Notes: a model not told the origin generated them from the sequence alone. Counted from the first letter of the stretch, positions 7,795-17,737 are shown. The stretch: 41,348 nucleotides of DNA from Parcubacteria group bacterium (GCA_013203625.1 JABMPX010000007.1:1-41348); one strand, 5' to 3'. Numbers and translations: made by a program.

Positions 7795-9510
7795 ATGGCT
7801 TTTTCTTATTTAGAAAAAAAAGCTTTTAAGAATGGATTTAAGATTATAGCTGGAGTTGATGAGGCTGGCCGAGGATGTGAAAGAATAGATGCTGAAGTAT
7901 TAACCAATAATGGTTGGAAGTTTTATTATGATATTACATTTAAAGACAAGGTGTTGTCTTATACTAATGATAATTATATAAAATGGCAGAAAATAGAAAG
8001 AATTATAGGGAAAGATTTTAAGGGTCATCTTATAGAGTTAAAAAATCGAGGCATAAATATAGTTGTGACTCCTGATCATTATTTTACTGTCATTAGAAGA
8101 GTTTTTAAAAGAGATAAAAAAGATAGCAATAAGCTAAAATTAATTAATTACAAGGTGAGAAAAAAAAGAAAAAGAGTAATTGATTTGTCTGATAATGATT
8201 TTATACCTCGGGGAGGAAAATGGAAAGGAATAAGTAAAAAATATTTTAAATTACTTAAAATAGATAAAAATGTAGATCAATTTATAGATATTAAGCTCTG
8301 GATTTCTTTTATGGGATTATTTTTATCAGAGGGCTCTGTTTCTTATTATAAGAAAAAAGGAATGTACAGAATTCATATTGCTCAAAGCAGGGATTCATCA
8401 ACAGATAATTATAGAAAAATTTATCAACTATTAAAAAAACTTCCTTTCAAATTTAGTCAATCTAAAATAGGTTTTTCCTGTTACAACAAACAATTGTATA
8501 TATATTTGAAAAAATTTGGGAAGTGCTACGATAAATTTATACCAAAAAATATTAAAGAATTATCTCCAGATTTATTAAATATTTTTATAAAATGGATGAT
8601 ATTGGGTGATGGAACTTGTTATACTGGGGAAAACAGAAAAGAGGTTTGTGTTTATTATACTGTATCTAATAAATTAAAAGATGACTTCGAAGAAATTTTA
8701 TTAAAAGCAGGATGGACTTATCATACAAATATAAGATTACCTAGGGACAGTTTTATTAAAGGAAAATTAATAAAAAAAGAGAATCAAGTTCCTTGTTTCG
8801 AAATTCGTTTAAGAAGAAATAACAAAGCTCATGTAAAATCTTTACATAAAAAAATGCTTTTTTATAAAGGAAAGGTTTTTTGTTTACAACTTCCCCAACA
8901 CCATAATTTTTATGTAAGACGAAATGGGACAGGATATTTTACAGGGAATAGCTTGGCTGGTCCTGTTGCTGCAGCTGTTGTTTGTTGTCATTCTGAGGCT
9001 AAAAGCCGAAGAATCTTAAGATCCTTCGCTTCGCTCAGGATGACGAGCATTAAAGATTCGAAACAGCTTTCTTTAAAACAAAGAGAAGAGATTTTTGAAA
9101 GAATAATACAAGAGCCAGAAATTAAATGGAAAGTTAGCTTTGTTTGGCCTAAAGTAATTGACAGAATTAATATTCTGCAGGCAACAAAACTGGCTTGGAA
9201 GCGCTGTTTAAAAAAGCTTGATTCTCAGCCGGATTTTTTATTTATAGACGGCAATCAAGAAATTGAACGGCTGAAAATAGAGCAACAGGCAGTTATTAAA
9301 GGTGACCAAAAGATTTTTCTTGTATCCCTTGCTTCTATTATTGCTAAAGTAAGCAGAGATAGATTAATGCAGCGGCTTGATAAAAAACACCCAGGATATG
9401 AATTTGCTCAGCATAAAGGATATGGGACTAAATTACATATAAAAAATTTAAAAAAATTTGGTCCTTGCGAAATTCATCGCAAAAGCTTTAGACCAATTTG
9501 TAAAATATGA
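7795..9510 (+). CDS. rnhB: Ribonuclease HII precursor containing an intein (213 aa after splicing)
   Basis: GVDEAGRG | SLAGPV, KDSKQL, IDG, KGD, ASIIAKVSRD, HKGYGT and HRKSF motifs. Confidence 0.96.
   Translation: MAFSYLEKKAFKNGFKIIAGVDEAGRGCERIDAEVLTNNGWKFYYDITFKDKVLSYTNDNYIKWQKIERIIGKDFKGHLIELKNRGINIVVTPDHYFTVIRRVFKRDKKDSNKLKLINYKVRKKRKRVIDLSDNDFIPRGGKWKGISKKYFKLLKIDKNVDQFIDIKLWISFMGLFLSEGSVSYYKKKGMYRIHIAQSRDSSTDNYRKIYQLLKKLPFKFSQSKIGFSCYNKQLYIYLKKFGKCYDKFIPKNIKELSPDLLNIFIKWMILGDGTCYTGENRKEVCVYYTVSNKLKDDFEEILLKAGWTYHTNIRLPRDSFIKGKLIKKENQVPCFEIRLRRNNKAHVKSLHKKMLFYKGKVFCLQLPQHHNFYVRRNGTGYFTGNSLAGPVAAAVVCCHSEAKSRRILRSFASLRMTSIKDSKQLSLKQREEIFERIIQEPEIKWKVSFVWPKVIDRINILQATKLAWKRCLKKLDSQPDFLFIDGNQEIERLKIEQQAVIKGDQKIFLVSLASIIAKVSRDRLMQRLDKKHPGYEFAQHKGYGTKLHIKNLKKFGPCEIHRKSFRPICKI
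7876..8949 (+). mobile_element. 358-aa intein with LAGLIDADG homing endonuclease
   Basis: Cys1 (CERIDAEVLTNNGW), block B TPDH, endonuclease helices GLFLSEGS and WMILGDGT, block F VFCLQLPQHHNFYV, C-terminal TGN followed by Ser+1. Confidence 0.94.
8987..9044. repeat. 58-bp palindromic REP-like element inside the rnhB reading frame
   Basis: GTCATTCTGAG (8987-8997) pairs with CTCAGGATGAC (9034-9044). Inner CGAAGAATCT pairs with AGATCCTTCG. Encodes CHSEAKSRRILRSFASLRMT. Confidence 0.8.
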
Positions 9511-10802
9511 TTTTAATTAAAAATACTACTATTATCACTCAAAATCGGAAAAGGCAGATTGTGAAAAATGCTGCATTAGTTATTGAGAAAGATATTATTA
9601 AAGATATCGGTTTAAGTAAAAAAATAGAAAAGCAGTATAGTAAAAAAACCAAGAAAATAATTGACGGGCAAGGCAAAGTAATTATGCCTGGAATGATTAA
9701 TGCTCATACTCATTTAGCTATGAGTCTTTTGCGCGGTTATGCTGATGATGTGAATTTAGAAGAATGGTGGCTAAAGCATATTTATCCAATAGAATCAAAA
9801 TTTGGCCGTAAAGAAGTATATTGGGGTTCTTTATTATCTATGTTAGAAATGATTAAATCAGGCACAACTTGTTTTGCTGATTTTTATTATTATGAAGATG
9901 AAGTTGGCGCAATAGCCAAAGAAATAGGCATGAGAGGAATCTTAGGATGCGCAGTTTTAGATATGCCAACTTTTTATTTCAAAGATACTGATTCAGCTTT
10001 AAAAAAAGCTCAAGCAATAATCAAGAAATTTTCAAATGACTTATTAATTAAAACAGCTTTAGCGCCTCATATGTTTCAAACAACTTCTTTGGCAACTTAT
10101 AAAAAGTGCAAAGAATTAGCTAATCAATATGATTCACTTTTATTAACCCATACAGCTGAAACCAAACAAGAAGTTGATTATTGTTTAAATGAATATAAGC
10201 AGCGGCCAGTAGAAATTTTAGCTCAAGCTGGAATTTTAGATAAAAAAACTTTATTAGCTCATTGCTGCTGGCTTAATAAAAAAGAAATTAAGATTTTAGC
10301 TAAGTCTGGCGCTTCAGTGGCTCATTGTCCAATTTCCAATATGAAATTAGGTTCAGGCATAATGCCCTTGTCCGAAATGTTAAAAGCAGGCATTAATATC
10401 AGCTTAGGCACAGATAGCGCTTGTTCTAATAATAGCTTAGATATGTTTGGAGAAATGAAAACATCTGCTCTGTTGCATAAAATTAATAATTTAGATCCAG
10501 TTGTGGCTGGCGTCCAAACAGTTTTGGACATGGCTACTATTAATGGAGCCAAGGCATTAGGATTAGAAAAAGAAATTGGCTCTTTGGAAATAGGCAAAAA
10601 AGCAGATTTAATTATACTTGACTTTGAGCAGCCTCATTTAATGCCTATGCACAATCCTGTTTCTCATTTGGTTTATTCAGCTAAAGGCAGTGATGTAGAA
10701 ACAACAATCATTAATGGAAAAATTATTATGGAGAAAAAAAGAATTAAAAAAGTTGATGAGTATAAGATTTTAGATAAAGTTAAAAAAATTGCTTGTTTTT
10801 AA
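9507..10802 (+). CDS. Amidohydrolase, 5'-methylthioadenosine/SAH deaminase (MtaD-like)
   Basis: PGMINAHTH, APH, HTAET, AHC, HCPISNMKLGSG and LGTD motifs. Confidence 0.88.
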   Translation: MILIKNTTIITQNRKRQIVKNAALVIEKDIIKDIGLSKKIEKQYSKKTKKIIDGQGKVIMPGMINAHTHLAMSLLRGYADDVNLEEWWLKHIYPIESKFGRKEVYWGSLLSMLEMIKSGTTCFADFYYYEDEVGAIAKEIGMRGILGCAVLDMPTFYFKDTDSALKKAQAIIKKFSNDLLIKTALAPHMFQTTSLATYKKCKELANQYDSLLLTHTAETKQEVDYCLNEYKQRPVEILAQAGILDKKTLLAHCCWLNKKEIKILAKSGASVAHCPISNMKLGSGIMPLSEMLKAGINISLGTDSACSNNSLDMFGEMKTSALLHKINNLDPVVAGVQTVLDMATINGAKALGLEKEIGSLEIGKKADLIILDFEQPHLMPMHNPVSHLVYSAKGSDVETTIINGKIIMEKKRIKKVDEYKILDKVKKIACF

Positions 10803-10823
10803 AATGAGTGATATGCTTAAATT

Positions 10824-11540
10824 ATGATTGATAAAAAAACAATTATTTTAGGGCTTGTTATTATAGCAGTTTTAGTTGGCGTTGTTTGGTATAATAATCA
10901 GAATGGTCCGATAATAGATAATCAAACAGCTTCTATTGTAGAAATTGATAGTGAAAGTGAAGAAGTTACAGAATTAGATGGAGATTTTATTATTGGAGAT
11001 CCAAATGCTCCAGTAACTATGATAGAATATTCAAGTTATCAATGTGGAGCTTGTTCTAATTTTCATGAACTAACTTTTCCTTTAATTATTGAAAATTATG
11101 TTAAGACTGGGAAAGTTAAAGTTATTACTCGTCTTGTTTCTCATCCTGCTTTAAGCGTTGCTGTGCTTTGTGGACAAGAACAAGGAGCTTTTTGGGAAGT
11201 TAATGAATATATTTTTGGAAATATTGCAACAATTCAAACAATTGATGATATTCAAGCTGTTGCGGGTATATTAGGATTAAATCAAGAATCTTTTAATCAG
11301 TGTTTTAATCCAGTTGATGAATATGTAGGCCATGTTTTAAAGTGGTTTGAACAGGGAGAAAAACCGAAGGATTGCGACAGGGACTGGCTTCCCTCTTGCC
11401 AAATTATAGAATGGTTTCATAAATTTGAAGAAGATGGTCTTCAAGACACACCAAGCTTTCTTATTAACAACCAGCAAATTATTGGCAACCGACTATATAG
11501 CCAATTCGAAAGAATAATTGAGGAGGAATTAGCTAAGTAA
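10824..11540 (+). CDS. Membrane-anchored DsbA-family thioredoxin-fold protein
   Basis: N-terminal TM helix, GDPNAPVTMIEY, CGAC, TPSFLIN. Confidence 0.88.
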   Translation: MIDKKTIILGLVIIAVLVGVVWYNNQNGPIIDNQTASIVEIDSESEEVTELDGDFIIGDPNAPVTMIEYSSYQCGACSNFHELTFPLIIENYVKTGKVKVITRLVSHPALSVAVLCGQEQGAFWEVNEYIFGNIATIQTIDDIQAVAGILGLNQESFNQCFNPVDEYVGHVLKWFEQGEKPKDCDRDWLPSCQIIEWFHKFEEDGLQDTPSFLINNQQIIGNRLYSQFERIIEEELAK

Positions 11541-11586
11541 GGAGTATTTAAAACAGCTTTTTTAACAATTTAATAAGGAGTTTGTC

Positions 11587-12039
11587 ATGAGAGAAATGAC
11601 TAAAGAAATTGAGAAGTTTGAACATATAATTGGTAAAGAAATTTTAAACGAGATTCGCAATACAATAAAAAGACTTGCTCAAGCAGATATTTCTGTAAGA
11701 GATGGAAGGAGTAGTAATGAAGAAAGAGTAAGAAAGATTTTAGATGTGCAATGCAATAAGAATGGAATAGTTAGTTATTGTTATTTTCAGAATTATAAGA
11801 AATATGGCGATTTTTTACTTATTGTGGTAAAAAAAGGCAAACATATTCCTCTTGGATTAAGAATTAGAGAATCAGAAAAAAAGGCAGATGAACAGAGAAA
11901 GCGACGCTCTGAAATAGAGAAAGGATTCAGTCATCCTGGATTTATAAAATCATTTGTTATTGTAGTTAATTCTCAAATGACTGATTTAAAAATTAGAGAT
12001 GTAATAAAGAAAAACATAAAACAGTTTCAGGAATCCTGA
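11587..12039 (+). CDS. Hypothetical protein
   Basis: 150-aa ORF with SD AAGGAG and a following terminator (AATCCTGATT/AATCAGGATT, 12032-12073). Confidence 0.65.
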   Translation: MREMTKEIEKFEHIIGKEILNEIRNTIKRLAQADISVRDGRSSNEERVRKILDVQCNKNGIVSYCYFQNYKKYGDFLLIVVKKGKHIPLGLRIRESEKKADEQRKRRSEIEKGFSHPGFIKSFVIVVNSQMTDLKIRDVIKKNIKQFQES

Positions 12040-12107
12040 TTAAGATTAGTTAAACTAATCAACAATCAGGATTTTTTATTTTTTGATTTTATGTTATCAT
12101 TATTTTA

Positions 12108-13031
12108 ATGGACTTAATTATAGAAAAAAAACAAATAAAAGATTGGTTAGCTGAATTAAAGAAGGAAAATGTTGTAATTGACAGCAAAAAGGATGCTTTG
12201 CCAATCAAGCAATATTTTTTCCCGCCTAAACAGGAAATTTTTATTTTCAACAAAGAAACAAAAGAATTAGAAAGTCCTGATTATAAGAAGGAAATTATTA
12301 TTATCTGTCATCATTTAGGCCAGCTTGAAGCAATGACTCAATTAGATGAAATAATGGGAAAGCCGAATCCGGATTTTTTTTACTGGCAAAGAAGGGAAAA
12401 ATCTATTTTAATCGGTTTAATTGATGAATCTGTTGAAGTAGCGCCTGGAGGAGATCTTGTTCTTGAAAAAATAAATTCTAAGCAATATAGAGTTTTAATA
12501 TTAACCGAAAAAGGAAAAAAGATTATTAAAAATAAGTTTTTTAAAGAAATAGATAAACCAGAAATAAAGAATTATCTATCTGAAGAAAATCCCTTTAAAG
12601 AAATGCTTTTGGATTCAGAGCTTTTAGCTGATGCTGTTAAATGGTCAAAAAATCATAAGATTTGGGATAAGTTGGCTAAGAAATGTTTGGGTTGCGGAAT
12701 TTGTACTTATGTTTGTCCTCTTTGTCATTGTTTTTCAATTGATGATAGAGTTGTTTTAGACGATAAAGAATGTATCCGTTGCAGACAATGGGATGCTTGC
12801 ACCCTGCCTAATTTTGCTAAAATTGCAGGCGGGCATAATTTTCATAAAACAATAAAAGAACGATATTATAATTGGTTTTATCATAAATTTGTTAGGGCGT
12901 ATAAGGAATATGGAAAAGCTCAGTGCGTGGCTTGCGGAAATTGCAAAAGAAATTGCCCTGCTGGAATTAATATTGGAGATGTTTTAAAAGAAATAGTTGA
13001 GGATTATAAAAAGCATGGAAAATCTATATAA
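12108..13031 (+). CDS. Group 3b-type hydrogenase beta subunit (4Fe-4S dicluster, AsrA-like)
   Basis: CLGCGICTYVCPLCHC, WDAC and CVACGNCKRNCP motifs. Confidence 0.88.
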   Translation: MDLIIEKKQIKDWLAELKKENVVIDSKKDALPIKQYFFPPKQEIFIFNKETKELESPDYKKEIIIICHHLGQLEAMTQLDEIMGKPNPDFFYWQRREKSILIGLIDESVEVAPGGDLVLEKINSKQYRVLILTEKGKKIIKNKFFKEIDKPEIKNYLSEENPFKEMLLDSELLADAVKWSKNHKIWDKLAKKCLGCGICTYVCPLCHCFSIDDRVVLDDKECIRCRQWDACTLPNFAKIAGGHNFHKTIKERYYNWFYHKFVRAYKEYGKAQCVACGNCKRNCPAGINIGDVLKEIVEDYKKHGKSI

Positions 13032-13809
13032 GCCATTTAAAGTTAAAATAGCTAAAGTAGAAAAACATTCTAATGATGTTAAACTTTTTCGCCTTGAGAA
13101 GAATTTATCTTTTAATCCAGGACAGTTTATCTTAGTCAGTCATTTTGGTTATGGTGAAGCGCCTTTTGGAATTGCTTCTTCGCCTTATCAAGATTCATAT
13201 ATTGATATAGTAGTTAGGCGAGTTGGAACATTAACCAAGGCCTTGCATAAATTAGAGCCAGGCGATGAAATTTTTATGCGCGGTCCTTATGGGAATGGAT
13301 TTCCTTTAGATTTTATTTCAGGAAAAGATATTGTTATGGTTACTGGAGGATGTGGAATTCCTCCTATCGCAGCTTTAATAGAATATATTATTGCTAATAA
13401 AGATAAGTTTGGAAGGGTGTATTTAATTTATGGAGCCAAAACTCCAAATGATTTATTAATGAAAGACAATTTTAAAAGATGGGGGAAAGACATAAAGATT
13501 TTATTAACAGTTGATGAGCCAGATAAAAATTGGAAGGGATACAAAGGAATGGTTTCAGAATTAGTTGATGAAATAAAGATTGACGCAAAAGATGCAGTAT
13601 CTGTTATGTGCGGACCAGGCCCAATGATGGATGTTTTGGAGAAAATTTTAAGGCCATTAGGTATTCCAGACCGCAGGATTTTTGTTAATATGGAAAGGAA
13701 AATGCAATGTGGAATAGGCAAGTGCCAGCATTGTGTTACTGGAGATAAGTATGTTTGTGAAGATGGTCCAGTATTTAATTTTGACGAAGTAGATAAAAAC
13801 TGGGATTAA
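13015..13809 (+). CDS. Group 3b-type hydrogenase gamma subunit (FAD/NAD(P)-binding, 2Fe-2S)
   Basis: PGQF, RGPYGNGF, GGCGIPP, MCGPGPMM, MQCGIGKCQHC...CEDGPVF. ATG 13015 preferred over TTG 12997. Confidence 0.9.
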   Translation: MENLYKPFKVKIAKVEKHSNDVKLFRLEKNLSFNPGQFILVSHFGYGEAPFGIASSPYQDSYIDIVVRRVGTLTKALHKLEPGDEIFMRGPYGNGFPLDFISGKDIVMVTGGCGIPPIAALIEYIIANKDKFGRVYLIYGAKTPNDLLMKDNFKRWGKDIKILLTVDEPDKNWKGYKGMVSELVDEIKIDAKDAVSVMCGPGPMMDVLEKILRPLGIPDRRIFVNMERKMQCGIGKCQHCVTGDKYVCEDGPVFNFDEVDKNWD

Positions 13810-13836
13810 GGTATATTTCATAAATAAAATAATATT

Positions 13837-14568
13837 ATGCAAAAGCCAAAAATATCAATTTATGATTTTACTGATTGTGAAGGATGTCAGATTAAACTCA
13901 TTGCATTAAAAGAGAAGTTTTTGATTTTGGGAAAAAGAGTTGATATTGTTAATTGGCGTTTAGGACAGGAAAATAATGAATCAGGTCCTTTTGATATTTC
14001 TATTATTGAGGGAGCTCCTATCACTCAATATGAAATAGATTTACTTAAGAAATTAAGAAAAGAATCAAAGGTTTTAATTGGATTAGGCAGTTGCGCTACA
14101 TTAGGCGGAATTCCAGGTATTATAGATAAAGCGCAAAGGAAAAAATGGTATAAAAAGATTTATGGGGATAATTACAGGCCAAGAGGTGTTGATGCCTTGC
14201 CTTTGTCCGCCTATGTTAAAGTTGATTTTTTAATTCATGGATGTCCTATTAATGAGAATGAAGTAATTCAAGCTATGGAAGATTTATTAGCAGGGAAAGA
14301 GCCGAAGTATTGCGATTATTCTGTCTGTTTTGAATGCAAGCAAGCTAATAATCCTTGCCGTTTATTGGATAATTTTCCATGTCTTGGTCCAATTATCCAA
14401 GGAGGATGTAATGCAATCTGTATTAGTGGTGGTTCACCATGTTATGGATGTTTTGGTTTGCGCGAGGATGCAGAAAAAAAGAATTTAATTAAAATACTTG
14501 AAAAAATAACAGATCAGAAAGAAATAGATAGATATTTCTCAATGTTTTTAAATAAAGTTAATAAATAA
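13837..14568 (+). CDS. [NiFe] hydrogenase small (delta) subunit
   Basis: CEGC, GSCATLGG, HGCP, CFEC, CLGP, GCNAIC and CYGCFG motifs. Confidence 0.92.
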   Translation: MQKPKISIYDFTDCEGCQIKLIALKEKFLILGKRVDIVNWRLGQENNESGPFDISIIEGAPITQYEIDLLKKLRKESKVLIGLGSCATLGGIPGIIDKAQRKKWYKKIYGDNYRPRGVDALPLSAYVKVDFLIHGCPINENEVIQAMEDLLAGKEPKYCDYSVCFECKQANNPCRLLDNFPCLGPIIQGGCNAICISGGSPCYGCFGLREDAEKKNLIKILEKITDQKEIDRYFSMFLNKVNK

Positions 14569-14570
14569 TT

Positions 14571-15776
14571 ATGAATGAATTTATAGCAAAAATTGAAGGG
14601 CATGGAAATTTAACTATTGATTGGGAAAAGAATCAGGTTAAACTTAATATTCATGAAGGAGAGCGTCTTTTTGAGGGCTTGTTAGTTGGCAGAACTGCTG
14701 AGGAGATGTATTGGATTACACCTCGTATTTGCGGAATTTGTCCAATCGCGCATAATTTAGCTTCCTTGGCTGCCGTAGAAGATGCATTGGGGATTAAAGT
14801 AAATTCAACAACTATTCTATTGCGTGATTTAATGCAGTGCGGACAAATGATTCAAAGCCATGCTTTGCATCTTTTCTTTTTATCTTTACCTGATTATTTA
14901 GGGATTGATAGAGGTACTGAATTAGCTCAGAAAAATCCAGAAGCGTTTAAAAGCGCTTTGGCTTTAAAAGGGATTTCTGATGAAATTGCTGAAATAATAG
15001 CTGGGCGATCTGTTCATCCAACCAGAACAACAATAGGCGGATTTCATAAAATTCCATTTAAAAGCGTTTTAGAAAAATTGTTAAATAAATTGAAGAAAAC
15101 AGAAAAAGATGCTAAAAATGCTCTTGAATTGGTTTCTAAAATTGATTTCCCTGAATTAAAAGTTGAATTGCAATTAGCAGCACAGGACAACGGCTTGATT
15201 ATAGCTGTTTCTTCAAATAATATTAAAGGGAGAAAAGAGTCGTCTATTAGGAATTATAAGGAGGTAATTGAAGAGGAAGTTAGAGATTATTCTACAGCCA
15301 AGTTTGGCAAATATAGAGGAGAGGAAATGTTAGTTGGTTCCTTGGCGCGATTAGCAGTTTATGGAGATTATGATAAAAAGTATGAAATAGATTTTGGAAA
15401 TCCTTTTCATAATAATCTCGCGCAAGCAATTGAAATCTTAACTTATCATCAGAAAGCTCAGAAAATAATCGAGCAGTTATTAGATACGGGGATGGATAAG
15501 AAAGTCATTAAATCAAGCAAGAATTCTTCTTTTAAGGGCATTGGTGCAACAGAAGCTCCGCGCGGAGGGCTTTATCATGAGGTTCATCTGGATAAAGATA
15601 ATATTATAACTCATGCCAATATTATTACACCAACAGTTCAGAATTTAACTTCAATTGAAAAAAGCGCTAATGCTTTATTAAAGCAAACAAAAAATCGTTC
15701 TAAAAAAGAAATAGAACGATTGTTAGTTATGTTAGTGCGCGCGTATGATCCTTGTATTACTTGCTCAGTCCATTGA
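14571..15776 (+). CDS. [NiFe] hydrogenase large (alpha) subunit, group 3b-related
   Basis: KIEGHG, L1 RICGICPIAH, EAPRG, and L2 DPCITCSVH at the extreme C-terminus. Confidence 0.95.
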   Translation: MNEFIAKIEGHGNLTIDWEKNQVKLNIHEGERLFEGLLVGRTAEEMYWITPRICGICPIAHNLASLAAVEDALGIKVNSTTILLRDLMQCGQMIQSHALHLFFLSLPDYLGIDRGTELAQKNPEAFKSALALKGISDEIAEIIAGRSVHPTRTTIGGFHKIPFKSVLEKLLNKLKKTEKDAKNALELVSKIDFPELKVELQLAAQDNGLIIAVSSNNIKGRKESSIRNYKEVIEEEVRDYSTAKFGKYRGEEMLVGSLARLAVYGDYDKKYEIDFGNPFHNNLAQAIEILTYHQKAQKIIEQLLDTGMDKKVIKSSKNSSFKGIGATEAPRGGLYHEVHLDKDNIITHANIITPTVQNLTSIEKSANALLKQTKNRSKKEIERLLVMLVRAYDPCITCSVH

Positions 15777-15969
15777 CGATTTTTAAAATTCTCTTAGCTT
15801 CAGTTTTTGGCACTTTGTTAATTGCAAGATTATCATGAATTAAAAGATAATCACCAATTTTAACATTTTTAACTAAACTTAAATTAGCCTTATGTTGATG
15901 ATTGTTTGATTGAACAGTTGCCCAATCTTTCTCTATCTTAATAACTTTACTTGGGGTTGCTAAACACAT
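15757..15969 (-). CDS. hypC: Hydrogenase maturation chaperone HypC
   Basis: MCLATP N-terminus, GDYLLIH, 70 aa. Confidence 0.92.
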   Translation of the reverse strand: MCLATPSKVIKIEKDWATVQSNNHQHKANLSLVKNVKIGDYLLIHDNLAINKVPKTEAKRILKIVNGLSK

Positions 15970-15991
15970 ATAAAATGATTATATTACAATT

Positions 15992-16888
15992 ATGAATAAA
16001 AACAAAGGAATATTATTAATTTTAGGTACTGCTTTTATTTCTGGCACAGTTGTTTTTATTAGTAAATTTGGCGTTAGTATTATTAATCCATATATTTTTG
16101 CTGGTTTGAAAAATATTATTGTTGCTATATTAGTTATTAGTTGGCTTTTAATGTTTAAAGATTGGAAGATTTTGAAGAATCTGAAAAAGATTCAATGGAT
16201 GTTTCTTTTAGGGATTGGTTTGATTGGCGGTTCAATTCCTTTCCTTTTATACTTTAAAGGCCTTTCTATGACCGCGCCAATACAAGCTGCTTTTATTCAT
16301 AAAACAATGTTTATCTATATAGCTGTTTTAGCAGTTATATTTCTAAAAGAGAAAATAAGTAAAGGATTTTTAATTGGCGGGCTATTGCTTGTTATAGGCA
16401 ATATTTTATTATTAAGAGTAATCCCTCATCAGTTTGGCTGGGGAGATTTTCTTATTCTTTCAGCCACATTATTTTGGGCTGGTGAAAACATTTTAAGCAA
16501 ACACTTACTTAAGGAATTACCTTCAAGGATAGTTATTTGGGGGAGGATGTTTTTTGGTTCAATCTTTATTTTCATTTTCTGGTTGATTACAGGCCAGGCT
16601 CATTTAGCTTTATTTTTGAATTTAGAACAAATAGGTTGGGTAATGATAACTTCAGTTTTCCTTTTTGGTTATGTTGTAACTTGGTATACTGGTTTAAAAT
16701 ATGTTAAAGTTTCAGTGGCTGCCACTATATTATTATTAGCCAGTCCTATTACAATTTTACTTTCTTTGATTGTTTTGAATGGAGGAATATTATTAACTCA
16801 GTCAATTGGTATGGTTTTAATTGCTTTGTCTATATTCTTAATATATAAATCAAGCATTCAAAGAACAATTATTAAAAATAATGTTTAA
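15992..16888 (+). CDS. DMT/EamA-family transporter
   Basis: About 10 hydrophobic segments in two repeats, and LAVIFLKEKI. Confidence 0.85.
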   Translation: MNKNKGILLILGTAFISGTVVFISKFGVSIINPYIFAGLKNIIVAILVISWLLMFKDWKILKNLKKIQWMFLLGIGLIGGSIPFLLYFKGLSMTAPIQAAFIHKTMFIYIAVLAVIFLKEKISKGFLIGGLLLVIGNILLLRVIPHQFGWGDFLILSATLFWAGENILSKHLLKELPSRIVIWGRMFFGSIFIFIFWLITGQAHLALFLNLEQIGWVMITSVFLFGYVVTWYTGLKYVKVSVAATILLLASPITILLSLIVLNGGILLTQSIGMVLIALSIFLIYKSSIQRTIIKNNV

Positions 16889-17618
16889 TTCCAAGGGGAT
16901 TTTAAGATGCGCTCGCTATGCTTTTATGCCGAATAAGCTTGATCTTTGCGGTCCAGATAAGAATAGAGATATTTTATATTATTGTGAGACACAAGAAGTT
17001 GATAAAGGATTAAGTTTAATTTTAAAGGAATTTCAAGTTTTGTATCCATATTTAAAATTTATTGCTTATTCCAATCAAATTAAAGATCCTTTTGACGAAA
17101 GAGTTATTGAAGCTTATTGGATTGGCAATCAGCTTTTGGAAAATATTGATAAATCTAGATTATATAATCATTTGGCTAATGAACAGCAGTTAAAAAAGAA
17201 ATTAAATAAAAAGCTTTTTAAAAAAGTTACTGATAAAATTTCTTTAGGCGCCAAACCGCATCATAGTTTTCATGTTTTAAGCGTTTTAAAACGGACCGGC
17301 AATGTTGATATTATGCATACTTTAAATAGCATGGATCTTTGTAAGATTAGCTGGGGAAGAATAAAAAAAGTTAGTAAAACAAATTTAGAAGTAGAATATA
17401 ATCCATTAGCGTTTGAAAATAATAAATTAAAACTAGATTCATTAATTAATTATAAGGTTTTGTATCAAATAAATAATTCAGGATCTATAAAAAAACCGCA
17501 AGTTAATCAATGGATTTCATTTCATTGGGGTTTTGCCTGTGAGATTTTAAATAATCTTCAGGTAAATAATTTAAAAAAATACACTCTAGAGAGCATCCAG
17601 TTATTTAATTCAACTTAA
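16881..17618 (+). CDS. Uncharacterised protein (DUF6390-like)
   Basis: RYAFMPNKLDLCGP, EAYWIGN, PHHSFHV, CKISWG and FHWGFAC. Family recognised from memory, not by search. Confidence 0.7.
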   Translation: MFNSKGILRCARYAFMPNKLDLCGPDKNRDILYYCETQEVDKGLSLILKEFQVLYPYLKFIAYSNQIKDPFDERVIEAYWIGNQLLENIDKSRLYNHLANEQQLKKKLNKKLFKKVTDKISLGAKPHHSFHVLSVLKRTGNVDIMHTLNSMDLCKISWGRIKKVSKTNLEVEYNPLAFENNKLKLDSLINYKVLYQINNSGSIKKPQVNQWISFHWGFACEILNNLQVNNLKKYTLESIQLFNST

Positions 17619-17623
17619 TTATT

Positions 17624-17734
17624 ATGTACGATTTGATTATTATTGGCGGTGGGCCAGCTGCAGTAAGCGCTGGTATTTACGCAGCCAGAAAAAAGATAAA
17701 AACAATAGAGAGTATCCAGTTGGCTAATTATTAG
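17624..17734 (+). pseudogene. Truncated duplicate of the trxB 5' end (MYDLIIIGGGPAAVSAGIYAARKKIKTIESIQLANY)
   Basis: 17622-17706 matches 18752-18836 at 81 of 85 nt. Confidence 0.9.
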
Positions 17735-17737
17735 CAT

